A stretch of DNA of 60,726 nt from Deltaproteobacteria bacterium (GCA_016218805.1 JACRCW010000007.1:1-60726); one strand, 5' to 3'; shown: positions 37,245 through 47,644, numbered from the stretch's first letter. Program-made: numbers and translations. The notes: generated from the letters alone by a model not told the origin.

Positions 37245-39806
37245 CTACATGCAGACCGGCAAGACCGGCGTCGGGCAGACGTTGCAGCACTGCCCACCCG
37301 GGCAACAGCGCGCCGCGCAGCACACGCCCCCGCAGCAGGTCTGACCCGGCGGGCACGGCGTCACGCCGGCCCCGCACACGCAGCGGTTGTTCCGGCAGCT
37401 GTCCGCCGTGGACACCCCGGAACAGTCCGCCGCCACGTTGCACCCGCACGCGCCGGCGCTGCAGCCAAAGCCGGAGTGACACGTCACGCCGCAATCGCCG
37501 CAATTGATGGAGTCCGTGCGCAGGTCCTTGCAGCCGGACCCCCAAGACGAGGTGTCGGCGCAGCATTCGGGCCGGGCGCTGTTGGGGTCACAGGTGGAGT
37601 ACAGGGCGGACTGTGGCGGGGGCCGGACCTGCATCTCACAGGCGCAGTTGCTTTCCGGTGAACACGTCCGCGCCACCACGTGCCCCACGCCGCTGTTGTC
37701 CGGCACCCGCTGCCCGCAACCGTTGAAATCGGACGTACTGCACGAACAGTCTCCCACCGGCGTCCCCGCCGCCGGGGTGCAGTGGGCGCCGCCCTTGGCG
37801 GGGTCACACGTGTTGTTCCAGGCGCCGCAGTTCCCCGCGTAGGTGGTCCGCTGGAGGATGGACTGGCCCGGCGGGTTGTTCTGCGGCGCGCAGGTGCCCG
37901 CCGCGCCACCGTCGGGCGGGTCGCCACAGAAGTCATAGAGGCCACCGTTGAGGGCGCACACGCCGGACACGCGCACCAGCTGGTGGGTCACCGCACCGCA
38001 CCCGCAGCGTCCCGCGTGCAGCTGCGCCAGCGTCCCCACCAGCCCGCCGTCCACGGAGACCATCGCCCCGGCGGAGGTCACGCACGCGCCGCCCGCGCCC
38101 AAGGGGTCGCACGTCAGGCCCGCACGCCCGCCCGGCGTCACCTCGCAGCCGCACGCGGCGCGCACCGCCAGGCACGCGCCACCGCAACAGGCGGGCCGCC
38201 CCGTCGGGCAGTCGGCATCGGCGCGGCATTCGCGGCATGCACCGGTCACGCAGTACGGCGTGGTGCCGGAACAGGCGGCGCCCGTGCCGCACGCAAACTC
38301 CCCCGCCCGGCACCCGTCCGCGGCCGGCCCGGCGGACGCCACCGAGCGCCCGCACACGCCGCAGTGCGCCGTGCTGGTCTGCAGGTTCACGCAACCCGGT
38401 CCGCAGCAGTCCGGCGTGTTCCCCAGCGCGCACGTGCCCACGCCCGCCATGCCCGCGCAGTCACACGCGCCGTCAAGACACCGGTCTCCCACCACGTGGG
38501 TGCGCCCCGACGAGTCCGCCACCGGGTTGCGGCACGCCAGATCCCCCGCAGCGCCGGGCGTGCAGCCGCAGTGCCCCGGCCCCGGCGTGGTGGACGGCAG
38601 GCACTCCAGCCCCCCGGCGGACACCGAACAGGTGATGCCCGCCCGCCCGCAGTTCCCCGCCGGCGTGGTGGCCGTGGCGGGCGGGCTGTTCTCCGGCGCA
38701 CACGCGCCCAGGGCTCCACCGTCCGCCGTCACGCACAGGTCCCACAGCCCGCCGGCCGGCGCGCACAGCTCGCCGTCCGCCACCGGCGTCCCGGCCGCCG
38801 GCGCGCACCCGCAGGCCCCGCCGTGGAGGTCCGCCACGCCCGCGTCCGCGCGGAAACCTGACGCCACCGCCAGCACCCGGCCGGTGGCCGGCGCCACGCA
38901 GGCGCCACCCGCCCCCGTCGCGCTGCACGCCTCACCCGGGTTCCCGCCCGGCGGGACCTGGCAACCACAGCCCTGCAGCGGCGCCACGCATGCCCCCGTA
39001 CAGCACAGCGGCGTGCCCGGCGGGCAATCTGCGTCATGACGACAGCGCGCGCACGCGGGGTTGCCCTGGCTGTCCAGCACGCACATGCCCGCCTCTGGGT
39101 CCGGCGGGCATGGCGCAAACCCGTAGCACTTGGGCTGGCCCTGCACGCACAGGTTGGCGCCACCGTCCAGCGCGTTGCCGCATGTGCCGCAATGTTCGGT
39201 GGAGGTGAAGACGTCCGTGTCACAGTTGCGGGTGGCGGGGTCGCAGTGGGCCCGGCCCAGCGGACAGGTGGGCTGGCAGCTGTCCAGGTCCGCGCCGCCG
39301 TCGGCGCACTCCCAGGACAGCGCCCCCGCGTCCGGCCAGGCCGCCCCGCAGCGCGTTGGGCACGCCGGCGGCCCCGCATCAAAAGCTGAAGAGGACGAAG
39401 ACGCGCCGGCCAGGGACGTTGCTGCCGCCGATGCGGAGGACGAGGGCGGGGCCACCCGGGAGGCGCTCGCGGAGCCCGCGAGCGAATCCGACGACGACAC
39501 CTGCGGGCCGCTGGCGCTGCTGGCCGCGCCGGTGGAGCCGGACAGGCCGGCTGACGAGCCAACCCGGGACGACGACGACGAGGACCCTGACCATGACGAC
39601 GCGCCACTGGCGGTGCCGGCATCCGGGGTCTGCCCCAGGCCGGATTCGCACAGTCCGTCGTCGCGGCAGTGTGCGCCGGGGCCGCAGTCCCCATCCTGGG
39701 TGCACTGCGCCGGTGCCAGGCAGCGCGAGCCCCCGGCCAGCAACCCGGCGACCGCAACTGCCCACGCACCCCATGCTGGCCTGGAAACCCGCCTCTGCTT
39801 GCGCAT
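37245..39806 (-). CDS. Cys-rich repeat exported protein (Stig1-like D/S-x2-[HN]CGxCG repeats)
   Basis: Signal/lipoprotein-like N-terminus, Ser-rich linker, repeats 'TSTEHCGTCG', 'TSTAHCGVCG', 'DSINCGDCG'. Confidence 0.75.
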   Translation of the reverse strand: MRKQRRVSRPAWGAWAVAVAGLLAGGSRCLAPAQCTQDGDCGPGAHCRDDGLCESGLGQTPDAGTASGASSWSGSSSSSSRVGSSAGLSGSTGAASSASGPQVSSSDSLAGSASASRVAPPSSSASAAATSLAGASSSSSAFDAGPPACPTRCGAAWPDAGALSWECADGGADLDSCQPTCPLGRAHCDPATRNCDTDVFTSTEHCGTCGNALDGGANLCVQGQPKCYGFAPCPPDPEAGMCVLDSQGNPACARCRHDADCPPGTPLCCTGACVAPLQGCGCQVPPGGNPGEACSATGAGGACVAPATGRVLAVASGFRADAGVADLHGGACGCAPAAGTPVADGELCAPAGGLWDLCVTADGGALGACAPENSPPATATTPAGNCGRAGITCSVSAGGLECLPSTTPGPGHCGCTPGAAGDLACRNPVADSSGRTHVVGDRCLDGACDCAGMAGVGTCALGNTPDCCGPGCVNLQTSTAHCGVCGRSVASAGPAADGCRAGEFACGTGAACSGTTPYCVTGACRECRADADCPTGRPACCGGACLAVRAACGCEVTPGGRAGLTCDPLGAGGACVTSAGAMVSVDGGLVGTLAQLHAGRCGCGAVTHQLVRVSGVCALNGGLYDFCGDPPDGGAAGTCAPQNNPPGQSILQRTTYAGNCGAWNNTCDPAKGGAHCTPAAGTPVGDCSCSTSDFNGCGQRVPDNSGVGHVVARTCSPESNCACEMQVRPPPQSALYSTCDPNSARPECCADTSSWGSGCKDLRTDSINCGDCGVTCHSGFGCSAGACGCNVAADCSGVSTADSCRNNRCVCGAGVTPCPPGQTCCGGVCCAARCCPGGQCCNVCPTPVLPVCM

Positions 39807-39903
39807 GCACCCCACCTTGACGCCCTCCGGGCGCAGCCGCAACGGTTGCCGCCAACGCGCACTCCGTGTTCTCTTCGCGTGCCGAAGTCTACCGGAGGCA
39901 GCG

Positions 39904-40233
39904 TTGAAGCACGCCATCCAGCACGGTCTGGACCCCGCCATCGCGCGCCGGGTCGCAGACGCCGCCATCAAGAGCTACCTGGAGAGATTCCAGCAGTACT
40001 CGCCCAGTCTCACGTGGACGGACCCCACCCACGCCGAAATCGCGTTTTCGGCCAAGGGCGTGTCCATCCGCGGGACCTTCACGCTGGCGCCCGGCGCCAT
40101 TGAAGTGGAGATGGAGGTCCCGTTTGTCTTCAAGCTGTTCAAGAGCCAGGCGATCCGGATCATTGAAGAGGAAGTGCAGCGCTGGGTGACCCTGGCCAAG
40201 GACGGCAAGCTGGGCGGTGACGGGGCCGCATGA
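39904..40233 (+). CDS. Polyhydroxyalkanoic acid system (PHA_gran_rgn-like) protein
   Basis: TTG start with GGAGG SD; 'HGLD..AR', 'W', 'FSAKG..IRG', 'VPFVFKLFK' pattern. Confidence 0.7.
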   Translation: MKHAIQHGLDPAIARRVADAAIKSYLERFQQYSPSLTWTDPTHAEIAFSAKGVSIRGTFTLAPGAIEVEMEVPFVFKLFKSQAIRIIEEEVQRWVTLAKDGKLGGDGAA

Positions 40234-41369
40234 TGCGGCGCGCGCGCGCCGCGTGGCTGGCCTGGTGCGCGGCGCTGGCGCTGGGGGTCATGCCCGCTGC
40301 AGCGGCCGGCACCACACCTGACCCAGTGCCCGTGGGCGCGCTGTTGCAGGACCTCCCTGCGGGCGGCTCCTGGCGCCTGGGCCTGGTGGTGCGGCCGGCA
40401 CCGGAGCGGTTCCCGGCGGAGGCCGTTCCCGCCGTCCGCCAGGCGGTGCTGACCGGTCTGGAGCGCCACCCCGGCGTGGCCGGCGTGGTGGAACCCACTG
40501 ACCTGCAGGCGGCCGACATGCAGCTGGCGCAGGAGGCCGCGCAGCACGGGCTGCAGGGGCTGGTGGTGGTGCGCTTCCAGGCCGGGCCGCCGGCGGCGGT
40601 GCTCCTGTCGCTGTTTGATGGGCAGGGTGTGGAGTTGCGGCAGGTGGAGACGCCTCTGCACGCTGAGGAGCCTCCCACCCCCGCAGGCCCCGCCGCTGAG
40701 GACCGGCCCGCCGCGCGGGTGCCGCCGGCCGCCGACGAGCCCGTTGAGGACAGCGGCGGCGGGCGCCGCTGGGGGGTGGACGCCGTGGTGCTGTGCGTCA
40801 CCGCGGCGTGCGGCGTGATTCCCACGCTGCTGGGGCTGGTCGCGGGTGCCGTGGGGCTGGGGATAGCCGGGGTGCTTGGTCAGCCGGCGCTGGCGGAAGC
40901 CACTGGCGCCCAGCAACCGCTGCGAAGCGTGGCCGGTGCGCTGTGCCTGGCCGGCTGCTGCCTGGGCGGCGGCGGCGCCCTGGTGTCCGCGCTGGGCGTC
41001 AGCGCGTTGGGGGCCCGCTGGGGGTTCTTTGCGGCCGCACCCGCCACCGCGGAGTCAGAACCCAGCACCGTCATCTACCAGGAGAATGTTGACGTGGAGG
41101 ATCACGACGACAACGGCACAGCGGGCGGGAGCGGCAACAACCCCGTGCGGCCGCGGCCGGCGCCGCAACGGCGTCCCACCACGCCCAATCCCGCGCACGG
41201 CGGGGGCGGCGGTGGCCGGGAGCCGCGGGCGCACGGGCCGGCGCGCGTGGAAGGCCCGCCCTCGCGGGCGCCGCCCGCGCACAACGCCGCGCCCCAGCCC
41301 CCCAAGAAGAAGGAGAAAGAGAAGGAGAAGAAGAAGCCTGAGGCCGAGGTGAACCGAGGCAGCCGCTGA
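40230..41369 (+). CDS. Hypothetical exported/membrane protein
   Basis: Signal peptide, two hydrophobic Cys-containing helices, low-complexity tail. ATGA overlap with the previous gene. Confidence 0.6.
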   Translation: MMRRARAAWLAWCAALALGVMPAAAAGTTPDPVPVGALLQDLPAGGSWRLGLVVRPAPERFPAEAVPAVRQAVLTGLERHPGVAGVVEPTDLQAADMQLAQEAAQHGLQGLVVVRFQAGPPAAVLLSLFDGQGVELRQVETPLHAEEPPTPAGPAAEDRPAARVPPAADEPVEDSGGGRRWGVDAVVLCVTAACGVIPTLLGLVAGAVGLGIAGVLGQPALAEATGAQQPLRSVAGALCLAGCCLGGGGALVSALGVSALGARWGFFAAAPATAESEPSTVIYQENVDVEDHDDNGTAGGSGNNPVRPRPAPQRRPTTPNPAHGGGGGGREPRAHGPARVEGPPSRAPPAHNAAPQPPKKKEKEKEKKKPEAEVNRGSR

Positions 41370-41414
41370 CGCCTTGTGGAACCGCTGCGGCGCCTGCCAA
41401 CCTCGCGCGTTCTC

Positions 41415-42308
41415 ATGGTCTCCCGCAACACGCCCACCCGCTTCGCGGTCTTCTCGCTCGTCGCCGGGACGCTGATCCTGGCGGCCAAGATGTTTGCCTG
41501 GTGGCTCACGGGCTCCGCGGCCATCCTCGCTGACGCGCTGGAGAGCGTGGTCAACGTGATCGCCGCCGCCGTGGCGGTGTTCGCCACGCACGTGGCCGCC
41601 CAGCCGCTGGATGCGGACCACCCCTATGGGCACGGCAAGGTGGAGCTGCTGTCGGCGGCGTTTGAGGGCGGCGCCATTGCCGCCGCGGCGTTGGGAATCC
41701 TGTGGAGCGGTGGGCGTGCGCTGCTGTGGCCGCCCGGGCTGCGCCACCTGGACATCGGCATGGGGGTGAGCGTGGCGGCCGCCGCGGCCAACGCAGGCCT
41801 GGGCCTGCTGCTGCTGCGCGCCGGGAAGGTGCACAACTCGGAAGCCCTGCGCGCGGACGGACAGCATGTGCTGAGCGACGTTTGGACGTCGGTGGGGGCA
41901 TTGGCGGGCGTGGCGCTGGCGTGGGGCACGGGGGTGGAACGCCTGGACGGGACCGCCGCGGTGCTCACCGGCCTGGCGCTGGCCTGGCACGGCGTGGCCA
42001 TCCTCCGGCGGGCCATGGACGGCCTGATGGACGCGGAGGACCCGGAGTTTGTGGCGCGCGTGCGGGCGGCCTTTGAACATGCGCGCGTGCCCGGTGTGCA
42101 CGGCCTGCACCGCGTGCGGGCCATCCGGTCAGGCACCTTTGTGCACGTGGACGCGCACATCCGTGTGCCCGGGGACTGGACGGTGCAACAGGCGCACGCC
42201 GTGGGGACCGCGCTGGAGGAAGCCATGAAGCGGGAGACCGGCATCACCGGTGAGTTCGCGCTGCACATGGACCCGTGGTCCCCGCCGCCTCACGCGTCCG
42301 TGCAGTAG
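41415..42308 (+). CDS. Cation diffusion facilitator (FieF-like) transporter
   Basis: 'SAAILADALES', 'DADHPYGHGKVE', 'ADGQHVLSDVWTS', 'VDAHI' motifs. Confidence 0.9.
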   Translation: MVSRNTPTRFAVFSLVAGTLILAAKMFAWWLTGSAAILADALESVVNVIAAAVAVFATHVAAQPLDADHPYGHGKVELLSAAFEGGAIAAAALGILWSGGRALLWPPGLRHLDIGMGVSVAAAAANAGLGLLLLRAGKVHNSEALRADGQHVLSDVWTSVGALAGVALAWGTGVERLDGTAAVLTGLALAWHGVAILRRAMDGLMDAEDPEFVARVRAAFEHARVPGVHGLHRVRAIRSGTFVHVDAHIRVPGDWTVQQAHAVGTALEEAMKRETGITGEFALHMDPWSPPPHASVQ

Positions 42309-44422
42309 TGGATGTCCACCGTAGAGGATGACGTGGCGCGCAGCGTGTCACACGCGGCCCCGAACAGCTCCACGCCCTTGGCCCCCACCAGGTCCCAACC
42401 CTGCCGCCGCCCCGGATCACGCGCCACGGTGGCCCCGTTCACCTGCACGTCCATCAGCTGCGGGTCATTGGGGGCCGCGTCCAACTCAAACCGGCAGCTG
42501 CGGTTGGTGGTGACAATGTTGGCCACGTCATCCGCCAGCTGCGCCGCGCTGGTGGGAAAGTAGTACGCGCTGCCGGCGCCCGCCGTGGTCCCGCCGGCCT
42601 GCGCCATGCGGGTGAGCACGTCCGTGGGATCCTGGCTGCCCGGCAGGCCAATCACGTACGTGGGGATGTCGGACTGGGCCATGGCGCGGATTGCCGTGAT
42701 GGTGGCCTGGTCATCCAGGCACTGCGCGCTGGACTCCAGGCAGCATTCGCGCGGGTCAGACTGGCAGCAGGCCACTGGGCTCCCCGGACACAGCGGCACC
42801 GGGCAGGAGCAGCTGGACCCGTCCAGGAACGAGTTGCAGTTGGGCACCCCGTCCGTAGCCAGGATGGCAATGGTCCGTGAATCCGCAGGGTGGCTCACCA
42901 ACCACTGGTGCACCACCTGGATGGACTGCCCGGTGGGCGTGCCGCCGCCGGGCCCGGTGCTCTCCAGCGTGAACGCAATGTCCGACGCGTTGCCCACCGC
43001 CGGGGCCACCTCCACCGTCCCGGAATCACAGCTGGCGGTGAATGCGTCACCGGCGGGAAACAGCATCAGCCCAAACGCCGCCGTGGACGTCAGCTGCGCG
43101 GTCACCTGCTCCAGCGCGCTGACCGCGCTGCCCCACTTCTGCCCGTCCAGGCCGTCCTCCTCCATGGACCCGCTCTTGTCCACCACCAGCATGATGCGCA
43201 GGGGCGCGGCGTCCTCCACCCGCAGTGATGTGTCATGGCACTGCCAGGTGGGGGGCGCGCACACGCCGTCCGCCACCGTCACCTCGGTGCCGGCGGACAC
43301 CGGCACGGTGAATACGCGCAGGTAGGCGCCCTTGGTCACCGTCACGGTGACTTCGCCCGGGGTGAGGCCGGCCAGGTGGAAGCGCCCGCGCTCGTCGGTG
43401 TGATCACGGAAGGTGCGCGGCGGCTGCAGTGTCTCCGCCACCGCGCCCACCAGCCAGCCGCCCTGGTCGGGGTCACACAGCTGCCCGCGGATGTCCCCGG
43501 TGAGCGTGCGGTCCGGCACCGGGCAGTCCACCACCTCGCCCACGGCGGCCGTCTCGCCCGCGTTCACCGTGACGGTGTACGTCGCCGTCTCGCCGCCGCC
43601 GGTGATGGACACCAACCGCTCGCCCGGGGGGACGCCCTCCAGCAGGAACTCGCCGTTGACGTCCGTGGAGTCCTGCATGACCGAACCATCCGGGAGCAGC
43701 ACCGTCACCAGCGCACCGCTCCACGGGCCGCTGCCGTTCTCAATGCACAGCTTCCCGCCAATGCTCCCCGTGCCGCCAGGGTCAAACGGCCGGCAGTTGC
43801 CGCCCAGCGGCAGCACGGTCACCGCGCCGGCCTCCACGCGCGCGTTGAACGCCCGCTGGTAGCCCGCCCCGCGGATGGTGACCACCCAGTCGCCTGCGGG
43901 CACGTCCGGCAGCAGGAAGAACCCGCCCTCACCCGTGGTGGTGGTGAGCGGGCCGCCGGCGTTGCTCGTCGCGGTGACCTCGGCGCTGGTGACCATCTGG
44001 CCGGTGTGGCGGTTGCACACCTGGCCCTGGATGGCGCCGCGGCCCGGGGCCAGGGGGATGTCAATGCACGCGGGGTCCAGCACTTCCAGTTCGCCGGAGT
44101 CCGCCATCCGCTCGGGCTGCACCAGGTCCGTGCGCCGTTCCGTCTGGCCGGGCACGTTGTGCAGCAGCCGGATGGTGATGTCCCCGGGCGGGACGCCGCC
44201 CACCGTCACCGTGCCGTCGCTGCGGCTCTCGCCCTCGTGGTTGCCATCACGCGCGTCCACCCGCAGCAGGTGCCCCGGCGCGCGGGCTCCCGTGACGGGG
44301 TCGCACAGGGTTGCCTTCACCTGCCCGGGCTGGGTCCGCAGCCCCAGCTCCTCGCTGCACCAGCAGCCCCAGGCCGCCACCAGCACCAGCGGCGCCGCAA
44401 GACGTGTTTGCCGTCGTCCCAT
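42290..44422 (-). CDS. Exported protein with carboxypeptidase-regulatory-like repeats and a CglB-like vWA domain
   Basis: Repeats starting G-x-I-x-G-x-[LV]-C; MIDAS 'DKSGSM', 'GGGTPT', 'ATDGVPNC'. Confidence 0.8.
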   Translation of the reverse strand: MGRRQTRLAAPLVLVAAWGCWCSEELGLRTQPGQVKATLCDPVTGARAPGHLLRVDARDGNHEGESRSDGTVTVGGVPPGDITIRLLHNVPGQTERRTDLVQPERMADSGELEVLDPACIDIPLAPGRGAIQGQVCNRHTGQMVTSAEVTATSNAGGPLTTTTGEGGFFLLPDVPAGDWVVTIRGAGYQRAFNARVEAGAVTVLPLGGNCRPFDPGGTGSIGGKLCIENGSGPWSGALVTVLLPDGSVMQDSTDVNGEFLLEGVPPGERLVSITGGGETATYTVTVNAGETAAVGEVVDCPVPDRTLTGDIRGQLCDPDQGGWLVGAVAETLQPPRTFRDHTDERGRFHLAGLTPGEVTVTVTKGAYLRVFTVPVSAGTEVTVADGVCAPPTWQCHDTSLRVEDAAPLRIMLVVDKSGSMEEDGLDGQKWGSAVSALEQVTAQLTSTAAFGLMLFPAGDAFTASCDSGTVEVAPAVGNASDIAFTLESTGPGGGTPTGQSIQVVHQWLVSHPADSRTIAILATDGVPNCNSFLDGSSCSCPVPLCPGSPVACCQSDPRECCLESSAQCLDDQATITAIRAMAQSDIPTYVIGLPGSQDPTDVLTRMAQAGGTTAGAGSAYYFPTSAAQLADDVANIVTTNRSCRFELDAAPNDPQLMDVQVNGATVARDPGRRQGWDLVGAKGVELFGAACDTLRATSSSTVDIHYCTDA

Positions 44423-44477
44423 GCAAGGCTCCTGTCCCGCGCCCGGGCGGGGCGCAGCATAGCGCCGGCGCGCCGGC

Positions 44478-45236
44478 TCACCACAGGTTGTTGAGGTGCG
44501 ACCCGGCCGTGGCGGGGATCACCGCACCGGTCACCACCCCCGCCCCGTCCGAACACAGCCACGCGGCCACGCCCGCCACCTCCTGCGGTGACGGGATGCG
44601 GCGCAGAGCGGTGGCGGCCTCCAGGCGGCGGCGCCCTGCTGCGTCCGTGCGTTCGCGGAAGCGCTCGGTGTCACAGAACGCCACGGCCAGCGCGTTGGCG
44701 GTGATCCCGTGGCGCCCGTGGTCCACGGCCAGCGCGCGTACCAGCCCCTCCAGCGCCGCCTTGGTGGCCGCGTACAGCGCGCTGCCCGCCGCACCGTGGC
44801 TGGCCGCCAGGCTGGTGACCATCAGGATCCGCCCAAAGCGCTCACCCAGCATGAGCGGAATCACCGCCCGGCACAGCCCCGCGGCAGCCTCAAGCCCCTG
44901 CCCCGTGGCCGCGGCCACATCTTCATCAGACAGTTGAGGCAGCCGCTGCAGGGGGAAGAACGGCGCCGCGGCGTGCACCAGCACGTGCACCGGCCCGTGC
45001 GCACGCACCGCGGCATCCACCGCGGCGGCGGCCGAGGCGGCATCATGCAGGTCAGCAGTGATGACGTGCGCGCCCGGGCCGCACTGGGCGGCGGTGGCGT
45101 CCAACCCCGGTTGACCGCGGGCCACCAGGGACACCCGGTGCCCGGCCCCCGCCAGCGCCACCGCCACGGCCCGTCCCAGCCCGCGCGACGCTCCCGTCAC
45201 CAGGGCGTGGCGGCCCGGGTGGCCGGCGAGGGTCAC
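44478..45236 (-). CDS. Short-chain dehydrogenase/reductase (FabG-like)
   Basis: TGASRGLG, YAATK, GITANAL motifs. Confidence 0.85.
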   Translation of the reverse strand: MTLAGHPGRHALVTGASRGLGRAVAVALAGAGHRVSLVARGQPGLDATAAQCGPGAHVITADLHDAASAAAAVDAAVRAHGPVHVLVHAAAPFFPLQRLPQLSDEDVAAATGQGLEAAAGLCRAVIPLMLGERFGRILMVTSLAASHGAAGSALYAATKAALEGLVRALAVDHGRHGITANALAVAFCDTERFRERTDAAGRRRLEAATALRRIPSPQEVAGVAAWLCSDGAGVVTGAVIPATAGSHLNNLW

Positions 45237-45442
45237 TCGCGTTCTTTCTCGTCGTCCTGTTCGCGGGCGTCCAGGACGTCATTGACGGACGGGAACCGCA
45301 GGATCTCCGGCTTGGCAATCCGCCACGCCTGCTGGACGATCCACGACAGGGACCGGTCCTGCCGCGTGGCTTCCTGCTGGATCTCCCGGAGCATGTCTTC
45401 GGGGAAGTAGAGGGACTGCTTGCGCTTGTCGCTGCTCGCCAT
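45233..45442 (-). CDS. TIGR04563-type (MXAN_4361/4362 family) small ribbon-helix-helix-like protein
   Basis: 'DKRKQSLYFPEDMLREIQQEATRQDRSLSWIVQQAW'. Confidence 0.85.
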   Translation of the reverse strand: MASSDKRKQSLYFPEDMLREIQQEATRQDRSLSWIVQQAWRIAKPEILRFPSVNDVLDAREQDDEKERE

Positions 45443-45471
45443 ACGCGTGACCTCGTCGTGAACGTGGGGCC

Positions 45472-45501
45472 ACCGTAGGGCGCACCCCTACTTTGGGTCA
45501 A
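45472..45501 (-). promoter_or_regulatory. Putative sigma70 promoter overlapped by an inverted repeat
   Basis: TTGACC-N18-TACGGT on the minus strand; IR GTAGGG-N5-CCCTAC at 45475-45491. Confidence 0.45.
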
Positions 45502-45617
45502 GCATGACCACACCCCCGCCACCTCCGCCGGGCGCCCGGCTTGCGCGGGGGTGGTGTTCTGGTAAGAGCGCACGCCCCGGTTTGGCTTTTGCCGGGCCCC
45601 CTGCCACGAGGAGTTCC

Positions 45618-45884
45618 ATGGCTCGCGTCACCGTTGAAGACTGCCTGCAGCACATCAACAACCGCTTTGCGCTGGTGCTGCTGGCCACCGGCCGCACCCG
45701 CCAGCTGCTCAAGGGCGCGCGCCCGCTGGTCAGCCACCAGAAGAACAAGGAAGCGGTGCTGTCCCTGCGTGAGATCGCCACCGGCCAGGTCCACTTTGAC
45801 CGCGAGGTGAACGAAGTGCTCGCGCAGAAGCTTGCCGACCTGCGCAACCAGGCGGCCACGCTGCACCAGCCGGCCAACTTCTGA
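45618..45884 (+). CDS. rpoZ: RNA polymerase omega subunit
   Basis: [10 protein letters not shown]...[13 protein letters not shown]...SLREIA; GAGGAG SD. Confidence 0.96.
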   Translation: MARVTVEDCLQHINNRFALVLLATGRTRQLLKGARPLVSHQKNKEAVLSLREIATGQVHFDREVNEVLAQKLADLRNQAATLHQPANF

Positions 45885-45912
45885 GCCGCCGTCCCGGGGC
45901 GCGCGGGCGACC

Positions 45913-46779
45913 ATGAAGAACGCCGCGCTGCTCCGGTCGCAGGGCCTGCGGGCCAAGAAATCCTTCGGACAGAATTTTCTTGAGGACCGCGCCGCACTGG
46001 AGCGCATTGCCGCGCTGTGTGACGTGGGGCCCGGGCACCGTCACGTCGTGGAGATCGGCGCGGGGCTGGGTGCGCTGACGGCGGCGCTGGCGGAACGCGG
46101 CGCGCACGTGTTTGCCATGGAGCGGGACCGGGACCTGGCCCCGCTGCTGCGCGCGCGCTTCTCCGGCCGGGACGACGTGGAAATCCTGGAGGCCAACGCG
46201 CTGGTCATGGACCTGCGCGTGCTGGCGGACAAGCACGGCCCGCTCACCGTGTGCGGCAACCTCCCGTATCACCTCACCAGTCCGCTGGTGTTCCGCGCGC
46301 TGGACCAGTTGGACGCATGGCGCCGTCTGGTGGTCATGGTGCAGCGCGAAGTGGCCGACCGCATGGTGGCCGGCCCAGGCAGCCGCACCTACGGCCTGCT
46401 GAGCGTGATGCTGCAGGCGCGCCTGCGCGTGCAAAAGGCGCTGGACGTGCCGCCCGGGGCGTTCCACCCGCCGCCCAAAGTGCACTCCGCCGTGGTGGTG
46501 ATGACCCCGCGGGCGGACCCGCCCGTCGGCGCGGAGCTGCCGCAGTACCGCGCGCTGGCGCGGGCGGCGTTTGCCGGGCGCCGCAAGACGCTGCGCAACG
46601 GGCTCAAGGCGCTGCTGGGGGATCCCGCGGCGCTGCTGGAGCGCGCCGGGGTGGACGGCGGCGTGCGCGCGGAGACGCTGGACGTGAAGACGTTTGCACG
46701 GCTGGCACGGTGCGCGGCGGAACTGGGCCTGGCCTCATCCGCCCCGCCTCCCGGCGAACCCGACGACGACGATGCCTGA
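45913..46779 (+). CDS. rsmA: 16S rRNA dimethyladenosine transferase
   Basis: KKSFGQNFL, EIGAGLGALT, GNLPY, MVQREVA, FHPPPKVHS, RRKTLRN motifs. Confidence 0.96.
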   Translation: MKNAALLRSQGLRAKKSFGQNFLEDRAALERIAALCDVGPGHRHVVEIGAGLGALTAALAERGAHVFAMERDRDLAPLLRARFSGRDDVEILEANALVMDLRVLADKHGPLTVCGNLPYHLTSPLVFRALDQLDAWRRLVVMVQREVADRMVAGPGSRTYGLLSVMLQARLRVQKALDVPPGAFHPPPKVHSAVVVMTPRADPPVGAELPQYRALARAAFAGRRKTLRNGLKALLGDPAALLERAGVDGGVRAETLDVKTFARLARCAAELGLASSAPPPGEPDDDDA

Positions 46780-47644
46780 GTTGCCTGAAGTGGAAACCGT
46801 CCGGCGCACGTTGTCACCGCGCGTGGAGGGCCGCGTGGCGGTGGACGCCTGGCGCAGCCGGCTGGCGCTGCACGGGCAGCCGCCGCGCGGTGCGCTCCTC
46901 CGGCGCGCCGTGGTGGGCGCCACGTTCCAGGCCCCGCAGCGGCGCGGCAAGCTGTTGCTGCTGCCCACCACGGCGGGCGGCCTGCTGGTGCACCTGGGCA
47001 TGAGCGGCCGCCTCACCGTCACGGACGCGGCCGCGCCGGCGGCGCCGCACACGCACCTGCGCATCACGTTCTCTGACGGCACGCAGCTGCGCTACGTGGA
47101 TGCGCGGCGGTTCGGGCAGTGCCAACCGTTCCTGGGTGACGCCCTCCCGCCGGCCTGGTCCCAGCAGGGACCCGACCCGCTCACGCGCGCGTTCACGGAG
47201 GAGGTGTTGGCCGCTGCGCTGCAGGGGACGCGGCGCGCGGTGAAGCTGGCGCTGCTGGACCAGGCGCTGCTGGCGGGGCTTGGGAATATCTACGCGTCTG
47301 AAGCGCTCTGGCTGGCGCGCATCCACCCGGCCACGCCGGCCGGTGCGCTTCTCCGCGCGCAGGTGACCGCGCTGCACCACGCCGTGGTGACCGTGCTGAC
47401 TGACGGCGTGCGCCACGGCGGCACCACGCTGCGCGACTACGTGGACGCGCGCGGCGGACGCGGTTCACACCAGGATCACCTGCAGGCGTACGGTCGGGAG
47501 GGACAACCCTGCGCGCGGTGCGGAATGCCCCTGCGGTGCAGTGTGCTGGGGCAGAGGTCCACGTTCTTCTGTCCGGTGTGCCAGCCCTCAGTCCACGTTG
47601 GCCGGCAGCGGCGGGGGAAGGCGGCGCGTCTTCTGGGTCGGTGA
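46772..47644 (+). CDS. mutM: Formamidopyrimidine-DNA glycosylase
   Basis: MPELPEVET, HLGMSG, GLGNIYASE, C-terminal zinc finger. Confidence 0.96.
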   Translation: MPELPEVETVRRTLSPRVEGRVAVDAWRSRLALHGQPPRGALLRRAVVGATFQAPQRRGKLLLLPTTAGGLLVHLGMSGRLTVTDAAAPAAPHTHLRITFSDGTQLRYVDARRFGQCQPFLGDALPPAWSQQGPDPLTRAFTEEVLAAALQGTRRAVKLALLDQALLAGLGNIYASEALWLARIHPATPAGALLRAQVTALHHAVVTVLTDGVRHGGTTLRDYVDARGGRGSHQDHLQAYGREGQPCARCGMPLRCSVLGQRSTFFCPVCQPSVHVGRQRRGKAARLLGR

